This document shows, piece after piece, positions 1-11,277 of a stretch of DNA of 64,000 nt (position 1 is the first letter of the stretch; the number at the start of each line of letters is the position of its first letter). This stretch comes from Selaginella moellendorffii (lineage: Eukaryota > Plantae > Lycopodiophyta): assembly GCF_000143415.4 (NCBI RefSeq), contig NW_003314275.1, forward strand, positions 1,369,955 to 1,433,954, in the 5' to 3' direction. A program made the position numbers and the translations under genes. The notes below the pieces were generated by a model. The model was not told the origin of the DNA, did no database searches, and saw nothing but the letters and a program-made list of their open reading frames with translations.

Positions 1-1527
1 GACGCCGGGAACCAGCCATTTGCCTCAATGGAATTGTCACCGACCTGAGAGAAGCAAGAAAAGTAGTGAAAGCCACAAATACCTTTGACATGAAAACTGT
101 GTTGACATCGGGACTGTGTTTAAAAGCGTACAATATCTTTGTTCTTTCATGGTGGCTGCAACAAACAAAGTTTCAACGCCAAATGTGCGGTTGGACCGTA
201 AATAAAAGGCTTTTTCAATTTTGTGGCATATTCTCTCAGGGAGAAAAGATTATCAGAGAAGACAATAATCTTGTCTCGCTGTTGTTCGTGAAAACGATGA
301 GAAACTCACAAGCCCGAAATTTATTGGGGTTCATTATGTATAATGCCTGCACAGGAACGTCAAGCGGTGGTAAATAAAACGGAAATGAATAAGTACCTGT
401 TGCTTTCTGTTCTCCTTCTTCATGTCAGAGAAGACGAACGTATTACCGATCTGAATTTTCTAGTTGGTCCAAAGTTGTACGAGGCGAACTGGCTGGATGT
501 TGTGAAATGCGGCTACATTGCTAATGTTCAATGTGCTGAGATCTGGTGGCCAATGACTAAAGAATTTTACGCAGAATACCAGCGTGGCTGCAAGAAATTC
601 ACAAGGTGTAAGTCCCAACCGTATATTTAATAGCTGCTTACCAGTGAGTCCAAGTTTGCAGTGAGACTTGGTGATACTAATAACTTTACGAAACATATGA
701 GCAGGCACCACATGCACCTACAAGGAAAAAAAGACGGTCAGTGGTACAACTTTGAAGAGAGTTGTATCACATCATCCATAAGAAGTAAGCCCCACTCGTG
801 GCCTTTTATCAATTCAATTTTCGGATTCTTCTGATCTTTTGAAAGCAACCATGTTGTAGGTGGTCACAACGAGACTAACGTTTGCTTTGAACTTGTCGTT
901 ACTGTCTGACGTGAAACGAGAAATCTGATCGTCATGGATAGTAGACCAGAGTTTAAACTGAAAGGCCCACTGGTCGACCGACACTGTATTGGTGGCTAAG
1001 CAAAGGCAGCTTTTGCGAATGCGGCAGGCGGCTGAGACTCCCACTAAGGATTTACCAGCTCCACAAGGTAATACGATAATTCCAGACCTCACACTACAGG
1101 TCAGTACTAAAAAAATTGCAAAACATGGTTGCTATACACCATTTTCAAACACTTTGCTCAAGCTATAAGGTCGAGGTTTCAATTCAATGCTTAAGTCAGG
1201 ATTGACCTAAAATCAGGTAACAAATCTCATGCGTTTCTTAAGTCATATTCCTCAAGCATCAGATAGTTTAAAGCACTTGGCAGGCACCTCTGCTTCACAT
1301 GTTCTACCTGAAAAGTTCCTGTGTGAGCCAGACCGACTTAGAATAGCTACTTAAGCAGGATCAATTTCAAAAGAAATCACATCCTTCTCTTCTCCAGTAG
1401 CAACTTCATCCCTGGCGACCAAGTCTTGGACAACAACTTGTTGACCGTAAAACCGTGCCCCGCACTTGCCTAGAATTTGCCATGAGAAAAATAGACAGAA
1501 TTTGAAAGAAAAACTTTCACATGCCTC
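1..1527 (-). pseudogene. Inverted, fragmentary copy of the XPB helicase gene (exons and introns) with deletions and an internal re-inversion
   Basis: Reverse complement matches XPB at ~45577-47297. ORF 814..1092 reads [25 protein letters not shown]. Segment 422-581 matches 46636-46793 in the forward orientation. Runs off the window start. Confidence 0.93.
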
Positions 1528-1554
1528 GTATTATCGTTCATTAATTATCACTAT

Positions 1555-1755
1555 ATGAAACTAAAAGCTTTTGATACTTATGGTTTTGTTTTGTTTTGTT
1601 TAATAATAACATGATTTTTCTCTTTAAACAGTGTGCATGAAGGCTAGAATGTTTGCTCTATAAGAGAGATCCACCTAAGAAGAAAGTGATGAAGAACAAA
1701 AATATATCTTTTATAATGTTATAGAAGAGACTGATTGTTAAATCAAAATCCTTGC
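1555..1755 (+). pseudogene. AT-shifted relic of the RPT6 last intron, last exon and 3' UTR
   Basis: 1631-1668 gtgtgcatgaaggctagaatgtttgctctataagagag vs RPT6 gtgtgcacggaggctggaatgtttgctctgcgagagag. Followed by aaagtgatgaagaa and gttaaatcaaaatc, as in the RPT6 3' end. Confidence 0.8.
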
Positions 1756-4528
1756 TTTTGACTAGAGTTGCTATATATTAAAACTGAATTGAGTTTAAAA
1801 CCTTAAAAATTCTAATTTACTTACAAAATATTTCACATGTAGGGTTTACATTTTTTGAAATGGGAAAGAGCTTGAGTCCCAAAAAGTGGAAATGAAAATA
1901 ACACATTAAGCACATCAGTTGATGGATAAATAGTGGTGGCTTTATTAAAAAAAAAGTAAATTAATCTTCTATAACAAAAAAAGAAACTCATAAATTTTCT
2001 CAATCACCTAATTAAAGGCAAGATTACATCAATTATCACATATTGTTTTGAAGTGATATATTTTATTGTGATATGCTAAAATGGTATTAAAGTTGTAAAA
2101 GTTTCTAGCAATTTAGTTATTTTTACTTTTTTCTGAGATTGGGCATAGTAATAAGAGTAGTAATAACCAAGGGAATTTTATCTGATTCAAATGTAACAAC
2201 GACAGAAAAGGAAGATGAAATTTGATTGATAACTTATTTTTATGAAAATTACATAATAAAATTTTGTAAAAAGTTATGTTCTATTTCACCTATAGATCCA
2301 CTAATGCCTCTTCCTGATGTTCCTCTAGATCCCGGCCCACTTACAAGAGAACCCTAATGGTCTTCCATTATTCTGAGAGGAGGGGATGCTTTGGCTAAGT
2401 AATACATTAATTATAATATTATAGTATATGGACCGTCCATTTGGGATTGAATCTAATTTATCCATTCTTATATAAAAGTAGAGGTTTAAACCCTAATTAA
2501 TATACCTATTCCTAGAGCACTCACATTAGAAGAGCTGAAAGACACTGCAATTTGTCATTAAAAGATATAGCTTTTTGGCAGTGCTTTACTTTAGTATTTG
2601 GGATTGTGCTTTTTGTTTTTATTTCTTCATTCTCTTTTAGATTTAGATTTGTATTAACTTTTTGTAAAATCTAGAACTCTAGCTATTATTATGCTTAGAT
2701 CTACTTTTTCTTTTAATCTTTATTGCATTATCTTTTTCTACCATACCATACCGTCATCAATTAAAGAGTGTGTCATTTGAGGCTACCAATGCTGCTTTGT
2801 TAGATCGAACTATAGGGTATCATTATATTGGTGTTACACCCATGTAGTCTCCAACTTTTGTGGGATAAGATTACATAACTCATTCTGTTCTCGGTGTTCT
2901 ACCATTTTCCATTGATATAGAACGAGCTATGGATGATGCAGTTTAGTTTTTGGAGAATGTTTAAGGATCAAGTTTACAGGAAGATGATACTTACAAGCTC
3001 GAATGAATTCTGGATTACGATGAAAAACTTGATTATTATAGAGATAGCTTTAGCGCATGAGTTGAAGATTTTATGGGGTAAGTGTTAATCTTTCAATTTG
3101 CTATTTAATATTTTCTCTTTACCTTTTATTCTTTCCAAACCTTTTCTTATTTCGGTTTGAACCACCTTCTCATATTCTTAGTGTTTCTTCCTTATTTGCA
3201 ATGTTTGGTTTTCCTAACATGTCGATTATTTATGATTTTTATGATTTTCATTCTCAATTAGTGTTGAATTGAGTGTTGTCCTCCTAATATTGATTTGAAT
3301 ATTGAGTATTCCCATGTTCCAATGGTTGAGTCACTTTTAGCCAAAATTTCAAATTACATCTCCACTTTTTAATGTTATTGAGAGCCTTTGTTTTACCATT
3401 GTTGCTAAGAAGTTTATGTATTCCTTTGAAAGTGTGAATGTTATTATTGATTTTCCCATCTCAAATGTTAAATTGTGTATTGAGGAGGTTAAATAGTGTG
3501 AATCTTTTGTTTATATTATAATGGCTAAAGTATTTTATGATAAAAAGTTCTTTATCTTCTAACATTTGAGCATATATCCTTCTTTTGATTTCTTTATTTC
3601 TGTATTGCTAACTACTGCAAAATCCTCTTCTAATGTTTATTTATCCACTTTTTCTTTTTTCACAATGGTTTTTCCTTAATTTTTCTCGCTTTTTCCTTTT
3701 TTCTTGACACTTTAAACTTTTTTTTTGTTTGAAGGAGGGGGTAGAGGGGAAGGATGAGAGTTTGGTCCCGATGATTGAGTGAGGACAAACAAATATGGTA
3801 GTGGAGCAAAGACAAACGATATAAATTGTGAAATGAGGATGAATATAGTGATTTCAAATGGAACATTTAGCCTTGACGTAATAAGGCTAAATAAATATAA
3901 TAGTGGACTGAGGCTAAACAAAGATGGTAGAATGAAGATAAGTGTACTAAATTCAAATTTCTTTCGAAGAGGGGAAGAAGGATGTGGAGGACAAATGGAG
4001 TGAGTTTAACTTTCCATATATTGTGCTAAACAAAGACAAAGGTTATAAGTTTGAGTTAACACAAGTCTTAGAAGTTAACTGAAAGGAAGATGCAAAGGCA
4101 AATTCTACTTATGATTATGAGTATGAGTTAACAATTGTTTTGGAGGATTATTAATGAGTAGACTTGAAGGTAAAATGTTTTATTTGTTACAATAACATTT
4201 CATACACTATAGTTCTTTTGCTTTGGTTTAAAGTTATGGCTTTGAGGTCTGTTTAAGCATTTGGCAGTTGTATACAAAGTTGCAATTAGTTTATTGAGTT
4301 TCCGTAGTTGACTGATGCTTATACTATATCTTTAGGTTTTATTTCAGACATAGTTATTAACAACTTTGTTAGTGATTTTGTGAGAGTTTCATATTTTTAT
4401 GGTAATTTATAATCACCCAGCAGAATGATGGTAATTTATAATCACGTAACAAAGGCTCAAGATATTCTTACCTAACTTATTATCATCACCTTTTCATCTT
4501 CGAGAGGGGAGGATGGTGTAAGGTTTGT

Positions 4529-4577
4529 AAATATATATATACATATATATATACATACATATATATATATAGATACA

Positions 4578-4611
<34 letters not shown>

Positions 4612-4690
4612 CACATATATATATATATATACACATATATATATATATACACATATATATATATATAGACACATATATATATATATACAC

Positions 4691-4745
<55 letters not shown>

Positions 4746-4827
4746 CATATACATATATACATATACATATACATATATACATATACATATACATATATAC
4801 ATATACATATACATATATACATATACA

Positions 4828-4905
<78 letters not shown>

Positions 4906-4906
4906 C

Positions 4907-4958
<52 letters not shown>

Positions 4959-5012
4959 GTATATATATATATATATATATATCTATATATATATATATAT
5001 ATATATCTATAT
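4529..5012. repeat. Compound (TA)n/(TATACA)n microsatellite
   Basis: Directly visible, ~480 bp. Confidence 0.98.
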
Positions 5013-5405
5013 AATGGCTCATATAATTTTTTAATTGTTTAAACATAAAAATCTCATAAATTAAGAGTCATTGCATTGGAAAACAATAACAGCCCTTCAA
5101 ATTATATACAATTTAGATCATCTAAATTGTAACACAAAACCACTAAAAATAATATACACAAAAATAATATCATTATCCTGAACTGCTGTCTAGGTATATT
5201 CTAATCCGGCCGCATAGAATATTCGCAGTCCGTGGAGTATATAAATGCAAGACCTGCAGCGCTAGGGCTTTTCTTTGGGGGCCTCTGGCGGTTGAGCTCG
5301 GGAGGATTGCTTGCCTGTGTGCCCGCTTCTTCCCTCTAACGATTTCTCTCGCTTGTGGCGTAGATGGAGTTGGATCTGGATGGCACCCATGGTGAGTGAT
5401 CGCAT

Positions 5406-5545
5406 TGTGGGAGTGAACAAGACCACGTCAGCACACAGCCACGTGAGCGATCCAGACGCCGCCACGGATCGTCACGATAAACCCATACATTTAACCATGT
5501 ATCAACCGTCATAATAATAACACAACACCGTTTCATAATACCACA
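5406..5545 (+). repeat. 5' LTR of copia element 1
   Basis: Direct repeat of 10078-10217, followed by the PBS. Confidence 0.97.
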
Positions 5546-5570
5546 TGGTATCGGAGCAGCGAACGATCTA

Positions 5571-5777
5571 ATGGCCAGAGGACAGTGGCACATGAAGAAT
5601 CAAAGGGGCCAGGAACCCTTGGCTCAGGAGCGCGCGAGGGCTTTGGCAGTGCTGGCGCGGGTGGAGCGGAAGATCCAGGAGCGAAAGCGCCAACAAGCTC
5701 TTTGCCCAGCCTGCCGGAAGGTGTGCCCTTGTTGCGGCCGAGTTTTTCACGATTCTTCTCCACGCCGTCCTTTCTAA
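5571..5777 (+). CDS. Small ORF (68 aa) in the copia 5' leader: basic helical stretch plus Cys cluster (CPACRKVCPCC)
   Basis: ATG-initiated ORF between the PBS and the gag ATG. Translation unproven. Confidence 0.35.
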   Translation: MARGQWHMKNQRGQEPLAQERARALAVLARVERKIQERKRQQALCPACRKVCPCCGRVFHDSSPRRPF

Positions 5778-5814
5778 ATTCTCTGTTTAATCTATTCTTA
5801 GATTAATAGATAGA

Positions 5815-8800
5815 ATGTCTTCTGCTAACGCAGCAGGAAATTCTTGGGACTCTGGGGGCTGGGAGAAACTTCTCCAAAAGTTCACGGGACAGAATTTCTC
5901 CACTTGGAAAACAAAAGTACAGCTTATCCTTTTGGCCAAGGACTGCTGGCCTATAGTGGATGGAACGACTCAACGTCCGGCTGCTGCGGATGTAACCCAG
6001 CGGCTCGACTGGGACTCCAAGAATCGAAAAGCGCTCTCTGTCATCGGGTTAGGTCTTGGGGATGAATTCGTTCATCTCCTTGATCTTACCAAAACAGCCC
6101 ACCAGAACTGGACAACCCTTACACAAATCTTCGCTGCCAAAGCTGCCAATGCTAAGGTGGTGCTAACACAAAGGTTCTTCACGATGAGAATGCAACCTGA
6201 TGACACCATGGCCACTTACATTGGAAAGTTTAAAGCGATGATCAGCGAGCTGAAGGACGCGGAAGCGGCAATCACCATCGATCAAGCTAAGGCATTCCTT
6301 CTGAGCTCGGTCTCCCCTGATCTCCAACCTTTCGCATCGATGCTCTCGGCAGTGCCTGGAAAGGACTTGGACTCGCTCTACTCGGACCTGATCGAGGAAG
6401 AACGAAAGCAGAACGAGCGGAGACAAAAGGCGCCCTCTCAGGCTGCTCGGGTGGAGCAGGCCTTGATCATGGGAAAGCAATCGGGTGGGAAGAAACGAGA
6501 TGGCCCTGTTCGAGGACAAAAGAGCCCTTCTCCCAGCCCTGGATTTGCAACCAATAAAAAACGCAAGGGCCCATGTAACTACTGCGGCAAAGCTGGCCAC
6601 GTGGAGCGTGAATGCCGGATCAAGAAAGCCGCAGAGAAAGCTCGCGCTGAAAGAAGCTCTTCTTCACGCCAACCTGACACGATGTTGATGATGACGCTCG
6701 CTGCATCTTCATCCACTGTGTCCGAAGCCGAAGTGCTCTGGATGGATTCTGGAGCCTCGATGCACCTCACACCATTGAAGAGAGCTTTTCACAAGTACCG
6801 CCCACTGGAGCAGGAGAAGCAAGTCTTTGTAGGAGACAAACGCCCCTTAACAGTGGAAGGACAAGGAACGGTCATCATAAAGTTGGAGAGTGGAGCTGAG
6901 AAGCTCGTGAACCAGGTCTACTACATACCAGAAGCAGGACAGACAGTGTTCTCAGTTGGTGTAGCAGCAGATCAAGGCTTCTCAACACTCTTCAACGCAG
7001 ACGGATGCACCATCTTTGACGAGACTGGCCATCCAGTAGCTTTTGGTAGACGAGCTGAGACTCTCTACAAGCTCAATGCTCAGTTGATCCTCTCAACTCA
7101 CGAGCAGGGGCATTTGCTTACAATTCGCCCCAGCTCCTGGGCTGCCAACTCTCTCCAGCTCTGGCACGCTCGGCTAGGGCATGCCAATTCTCACGACATC
7201 CAGCTACTTGCTAGCCACAAGCTTGCTGATGACTTTACCCTCACCGGTGCCGGCCAACTGGGAGTATGTGAGACATGCCAACTGGGGAAGCAGCCAAGAC
7301 TACCCTTTCCACGCAGAAGTCCAGAAGATGGCGCCTCAGGATTTCTTCAGCTGGTACACACGGATGTGTGCCATGTGCCAGAAGCAACTCTCAGTCACAA
7401 GCGGTACTTCGTTTCGTTCATTGACGACTACTCACGCTATGCGGTGGCTGTTCTCATGGCACACAAGGGAGAGGTCTACCATCACTTCCAGGTCTACAAA
7501 AGCTGGGCAGAAAATGCCACTGGCTGTACCATCCGGACACTACGTTCAGATGGCGGCGGTGAGTATATGAGCAAGGAGTTTCTGGCATTTCTTGCTCAGG
7601 CTGGCATCCACCACGAGTACACCGCAGCCCACACCTCGCAGCAGAATGGGGTCGCCGAGCGCCTGAACAGGACACTTATGGACTGTGTACGCTGCCTTCT
7701 CCAGCACGCTGGCATGCCCAAGGTGTTTTGGGGAAAGGCACTCAACACAGCAGTGTATCTCCGGAACCGGCTGCCAACACGTTCCACAGGACAGGTGCCG
7801 TTTCAAGTATGGACTGGGAAGCGTCCCAAATTAGGGCACTTGAGGGTGTTTGGTTGCATAGCCTACGCCCACATCCCCGATGTTCAGCGGCGGAAGCTGG
7901 ATCCCAAGAGCGAGAAATGCATCTTCATGGGCTATCACACCCAGGTAAAAGCCTATCGACTCTATAACTGCCAGCGCAGGAAACTGGTGGTGAGCCGAGA
8001 AGTGGTGTTTGATGAAGCTCATCTTTATCGAGATACGCTGAGACTCCCTCCTGTTTCTCCACCATCTCTGGTGGATCTTTCTGAGATTTTGGACGACGTT
8101 CCACATCTCCACCCAGCACCAGACAATCCAGCCGCTGCAGAGCCAGGAGGAGTTGCTGCAGGAGCGCCCGAAGGAGGCGATCTGGCAGGAGGAGCTGATC
8201 ACGCTACTTCTCTTCCTTCGACACCTCCTCTGACGACTCCACAGGCCACAGCGGCTGCATCCTCAAGCACCAATGAACAGCCAGATCTTTCCACGCTTGT
8301 GGCTGACCTGTTCGTTGGCGACGAGTTATATCAAGATGCCACCACTCCTCCCAGCATTCCCAAGCTACCACCTCCTCTAGCCGGCACAGCAGTGGTGACA
8401 CGCTCGGGTCGTGTCGTGAAACCATCTCTCAAAGCCAAGGAGGCGATGCCTATAGGAAAGCGTGCCTACTTCTGGGCTCTGTCGGCTCCACCTGCCTCTC
8501 TCGGCCCCCAGGCGGCTTTACACGGACCAGAAGCTGAGCACTGGCAGGCAGCTATGCAGGAGGAGTATGATTCTCTCCAGAAAAACAACACTTGGTCGCT
8601 GGTTGAACTTCCAGCTTGCAGAAAGCTCGTCTCATCCAAGTGGTTGTTTAAGAAAAAGTACAACGCTGATGGAAGCATTGAGCGCTACAAGGCGAGATTT
8701 GTGGCACGCGGATTTTCTCAAGTTCATGGGCTGGACTACTCGGAGACTTACAGCCCGGTGGTGAAACTCACAACCATTCGTATGCTACTAATCCTAGCTG

Positions 8801-10152
8801 CAGAATTGGATCTCGAGCTCCATCAACTTGACGTTTGTACTGCGTTCCTTAACGGCGACATCGATGAAGAGGTGTATGTGGCTCAGCCTCCTGGTTTTAT
8901 CCAGCCTGGAGAAGAACACCTCGTTTGCAAGCTTAACAAAGCTCTCTACGGACTCAAGCAGTCGCCACGCCAATGGTACACGAAAATAGATTCTTTTCTA
9001 ATTTCCCTTGGTTTCGTGCGCAGTGCTGCTGATTGTAACCTCTACATATATTTTGACGCTGAGGGCTATTTGTTCCTTGCACTATATGTGGACGATGCTA
9101 TTCTCGTGGCAAATCAGCTACGTTTGATCTACAAATTTAAAACGTACCTTGGCGCTAAATTTGCCATGAAAGACCTCGGTGAGTTGCATTTCTGCCTCGG
9201 TATCCAGGTGACGCGCAACAGGGAACGAGGCACTCTGGAGCTAAGCCAGGCAAAATATGTTTCCGACGTGCTCCAGAGGTATGGCCTTGCTCATGTTAAT
9301 CCGGTTGCTACTCCCATGGAAACAGGCACGAAATTATCTGCTGAGAGTGGAGAGTACCTTGATCAATCTCCCGAGGAGGAGAAAGCATCTAGAGAAGTCT
9401 ATCGCTCTATGGTCGGCAGCCTGATCTACCTGGTAATCTCCACTCGGCCTGACCTTGCATATGCTGTGGGAACAGTGGCGAAGTACCTGGACCGTCCCTC
9501 CACAGCACACTGGCAGGCTTTGAAACGTATTATGAGATACGTGGCAGGGACTAACCAGCTAACTTTAAAGTACTCCAGAGGCGAGAGCGGCAATAAGCTG
9601 GCTGGTTACTCTGATGCTGATTGGGCCGGGGATCCAGACAACAGGAAGTCAACCACAGGCTACGTTTTCCTGCTAAATGGAAATGTCGCAAGCTGGTGCA
9701 GCAAACGACAGGCTATTACAGCGATGTCGAGTACTGAGGCTGAGTACATAGCTGCAGCAGCTGCAACCAAGGAAGCAGCGTGGCTAAAGGGACTTCTCCA
9801 GGATCTACAAATCAACACGGGCGTGGTCAAGCTATTGTGTGACAACCAGTCTGCAATAGCTTTGACCAAGAACTCCAGGTTCCACTCTCGTACTAAACAC
9901 ATTGAGCTGCGCTTCCATTTCATACGAGAGCAGATCCAGAGAGGAATGATCGAGCTGGAGTTCTGCCCGACAAACTCCATGCTAGCGGACATGCTAACAA
10001 AACCATTTCCTCGTGTTAAACATGAAGTCTTCACGAAGGCTCTTGGGCTGACTTTAGACGTTGGCCTTGAGGAGGAGTGTGGGAGTGAACAAGACCACGT
10101 CAGCACACAGCCACGTGAGCGATCCAGACGCCGCCACGGATCGTCACGATAA
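5815..10152 (+). CDS. Copia Gag-Pol polyprotein (1445 aa)
   Basis: Zn knuckle CNYCGKAGHVEREC, protease WMDSGAS, integrase WHARLGH/CETC and RSDGGGEY/QQNGVAER, RT YVDD, RNase H YSDADW...TKHIE. Order PR-IN-RT-RH. Uninterrupted. Confidence 0.98.
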   Translation: MSSANAAGNSWDSGGWEKLLQKFTGQNFSTWKTKVQLILLAKDCWPIVDGTTQRPAAADVTQRLDWDSKNRKALSVIGLGLGDEFVHLLDLTKTAHQNWTTLTQIFAAKAANAKVVLTQRFFTMRMQPDDTMATYIGKFKAMISELKDAEAAITIDQAKAFLLSSVSPDLQPFASMLSAVPGKDLDSLYSDLIEEERKQNERRQKAPSQAARVEQALIMGKQSGGKKRDGPVRGQKSPSPSPGFATNKKRKGPCNYCGKAGHVERECRIKKAAEKARAERSSSSRQPDTMLMMTLAASSSTVSEAEVLWMDSGASMHLTPLKRAFHKYRPLEQEKQVFVGDKRPLTVEGQGTVIIKLESGAEKLVNQVYYIPEAGQTVFSVGVAADQGFSTLFNADGCTIFDETGHPVAFGRRAETLYKLNAQLILSTHEQGHLLTIRPSSWAANSLQLWHARLGHANSHDIQLLASHKLADDFTLTGAGQLGVCETCQLGKQPRLPFPRRSPEDGASGFLQLVHTDVCHVPEATLSHKRYFVSFIDDYSRYAVAVLMAHKGEVYHHFQVYKSWAENATGCTIRTLRSDGGGEYMSKEFLAFLAQAGIHHEYTAAHTSQQNGVAERLNRTLMDCVRCLLQHAGMPKVFWGKALNTAVYLRNRLPTRSTGQVPFQVWTGKRPKLGHLRVFGCIAYAHIPDVQRRKLDPKSEKCIFMGYHTQVKAYRLYNCQRRKLVVSREVVFDEAHLYRDTLRLPPVSPPSLVDLSEILDDVPHLHPAPDNPAAAEPGGVAAGAPEGGDLAGGADHATSLPSTPPLTTPQATAAASSSTNEQPDLSTLVADLFVGDELYQDATTPPSIPKLPPPLAGTAVVTRSGRVVKPSLKAKEAMPIGKRAYFWALSAPPASLGPQAALHGPEAEHWQAAMQEEYDSLQKNNTWSLVELPACRKLVSSKWLFKKKYNADGSIERYKARFVARGFSQVHGLDYSETYSPVVKLTTIRMLLILAAELDLELHQLDVCTAFLNGDIDEEVYVAQPPGFIQPGEEHLVCKLNKALYGLKQSPRQWYTKIDSFLISLGFVRSAADCNLYIYFDAEGYLFLALYVDDAILVANQLRLIYKFKTYLGAKFAMKDLGELHFCLGIQVTRNRERGTLELSQAKYVSDVLQRYGLAHVNPVATPMETGTKLSAESGEYLDQSPEEEKASREVYRSMVGSLIYLVISTRPDLAYAVGTVAKYLDRPSTAHWQALKRIMRYVAGTNQLTLKYSRGESGNKLAGYSDADWAGDPDNRKSTTGYVFLLNGNVASWCSKRQAITAMSSTEAEYIAAAAATKEAAWLKGLLQDLQINTGVVKLLCDNQSAIALTKNSRFHSRTKHIELRFHFIREQIQRGMIELEFCPTNSMLADMLTKPFPRVKHEVFTKALGLTLDVGLEEECGSEQDHVSTQPRERSRRRHGSSR

Positions 10153-10217
10153 ACCCATACATTTAACCATGTATCAACCGTCATAATAATAACACAACAC
10201 CGTTTCATAATACCACA
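10078..10217 (+). repeat. 3' LTR of copia element 1
   Basis: Direct repeat of 5406-5545, followed by the TSD. Confidence 0.97.
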
Positions 10218-11277
10218 CGCATCTCTCCTTTGCTTGCGCGATTGTTTTGCTGTGGAGCTTGGTTTTTCTTGCTTGGGTGCTTTCTTTCTCCTCTTTGCCG
10301 CAAGAAGGCGAAGAGCTCGACTAGATTTCCCACGCCTCCAGCAGCCCACCGGACAAAGTCCGGCCCGACCTGGGGACATCCTGGCTCGGGCGTTTTCCTT
10401 TGGAGGCGGCGCCTCCAAATGGGACTCGTGGGTAATTTGCAAGAGGGGGCTGCCGCGCTTGTGGAGGTACTCGGCGAGCGCCTCTACCAGGCCACCGTGG
10501 CGGCCTCCACAAATTCCTTAAATCCAAAGAAGCACACACCACCTTTCGCGAGGTGGTCACTTTTCTTAATTTCTACGAGTCTGAATTTGAAGAAAACGCT
10601 CTGCTCGTGAGTGAAACTTGACTTTTCGTTTTCTTCAAAGAGCGAAGAAAGGTAGTCCTGAAAGACGACAAAGTAAATTCCAAGCAACTCCATAACTCCA
10701 AGATGGAATTACAGTGTAAAGGAGAATGAAATCCATGCAAGGTTGTGCAGCATAGGCTTTCAAACCTGGTGCTGCGAAGCTTCAGACACAAGCGGCGGCC
10801 TCGGCGCCAACAAGTCCTCCCATCGCAGGTGAGCTCCCGATCTCTATTTCTCTCGCTCGATCGAGAATGCATGCGCGATTTCTTCTCACTCCATGTCTTG
10901 CAGCTCGCCTTGTCTGGTTCCAATGGCTGTCATCGCCAACGTTTGCGCGACTCCCATGAGGAGCGCTCTCATTCCCAGCCAGGAGATCCATCTCGCCAAG
11001 CCAATCAAGGTCTCTACTTCGGTGAGGAGCGGGAAGGTACCAGCGATTGCGATGACTGCTGCAGCTGAGTATCGATCGCTTTGTTTTCTTTTCTTCTTCC
11101 ATGAAAGCTTGGATTCTTTTTCTCTCTTTGCATGCACAGGGAGACCGTCGCGAAGCAAGACAGCAGCAAGACTTCGCAGATCATGCACTCGCTCTCTCCC
11201 GAAAAGATCGAGATGTTTAAGTCGCTCGAGAGCTGGGCGGAGTAATCCATCCTTCCATTCCTCCGGCCGGTGGAAAA

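Larger units (their letters stand above)
5406..10217 (+). mobile_element. Intact Ty1/copia LTR retrotransposon
   Basis: LTRs 5406-5545 and 10078-10217 (140 bp, TG...CA, identical by eye). TSD CGCAT at 5401-5405 and 10218-10222. PBS tggtatcggagc (tRNA-iMet type) at 5546. Purine tract gaggaggag before the 3' LTR. Confidence 0.98.

Noticed and set aside
4472-4848. Three ORFs of Y/I/M/C repeats
   Set aside because: Translations of the TA microsatellite.
9660-10610. ORFs spanning the copia 3' end and flank
   Set aside because: Antisense or junction-spanning frames with no recognisable domain.
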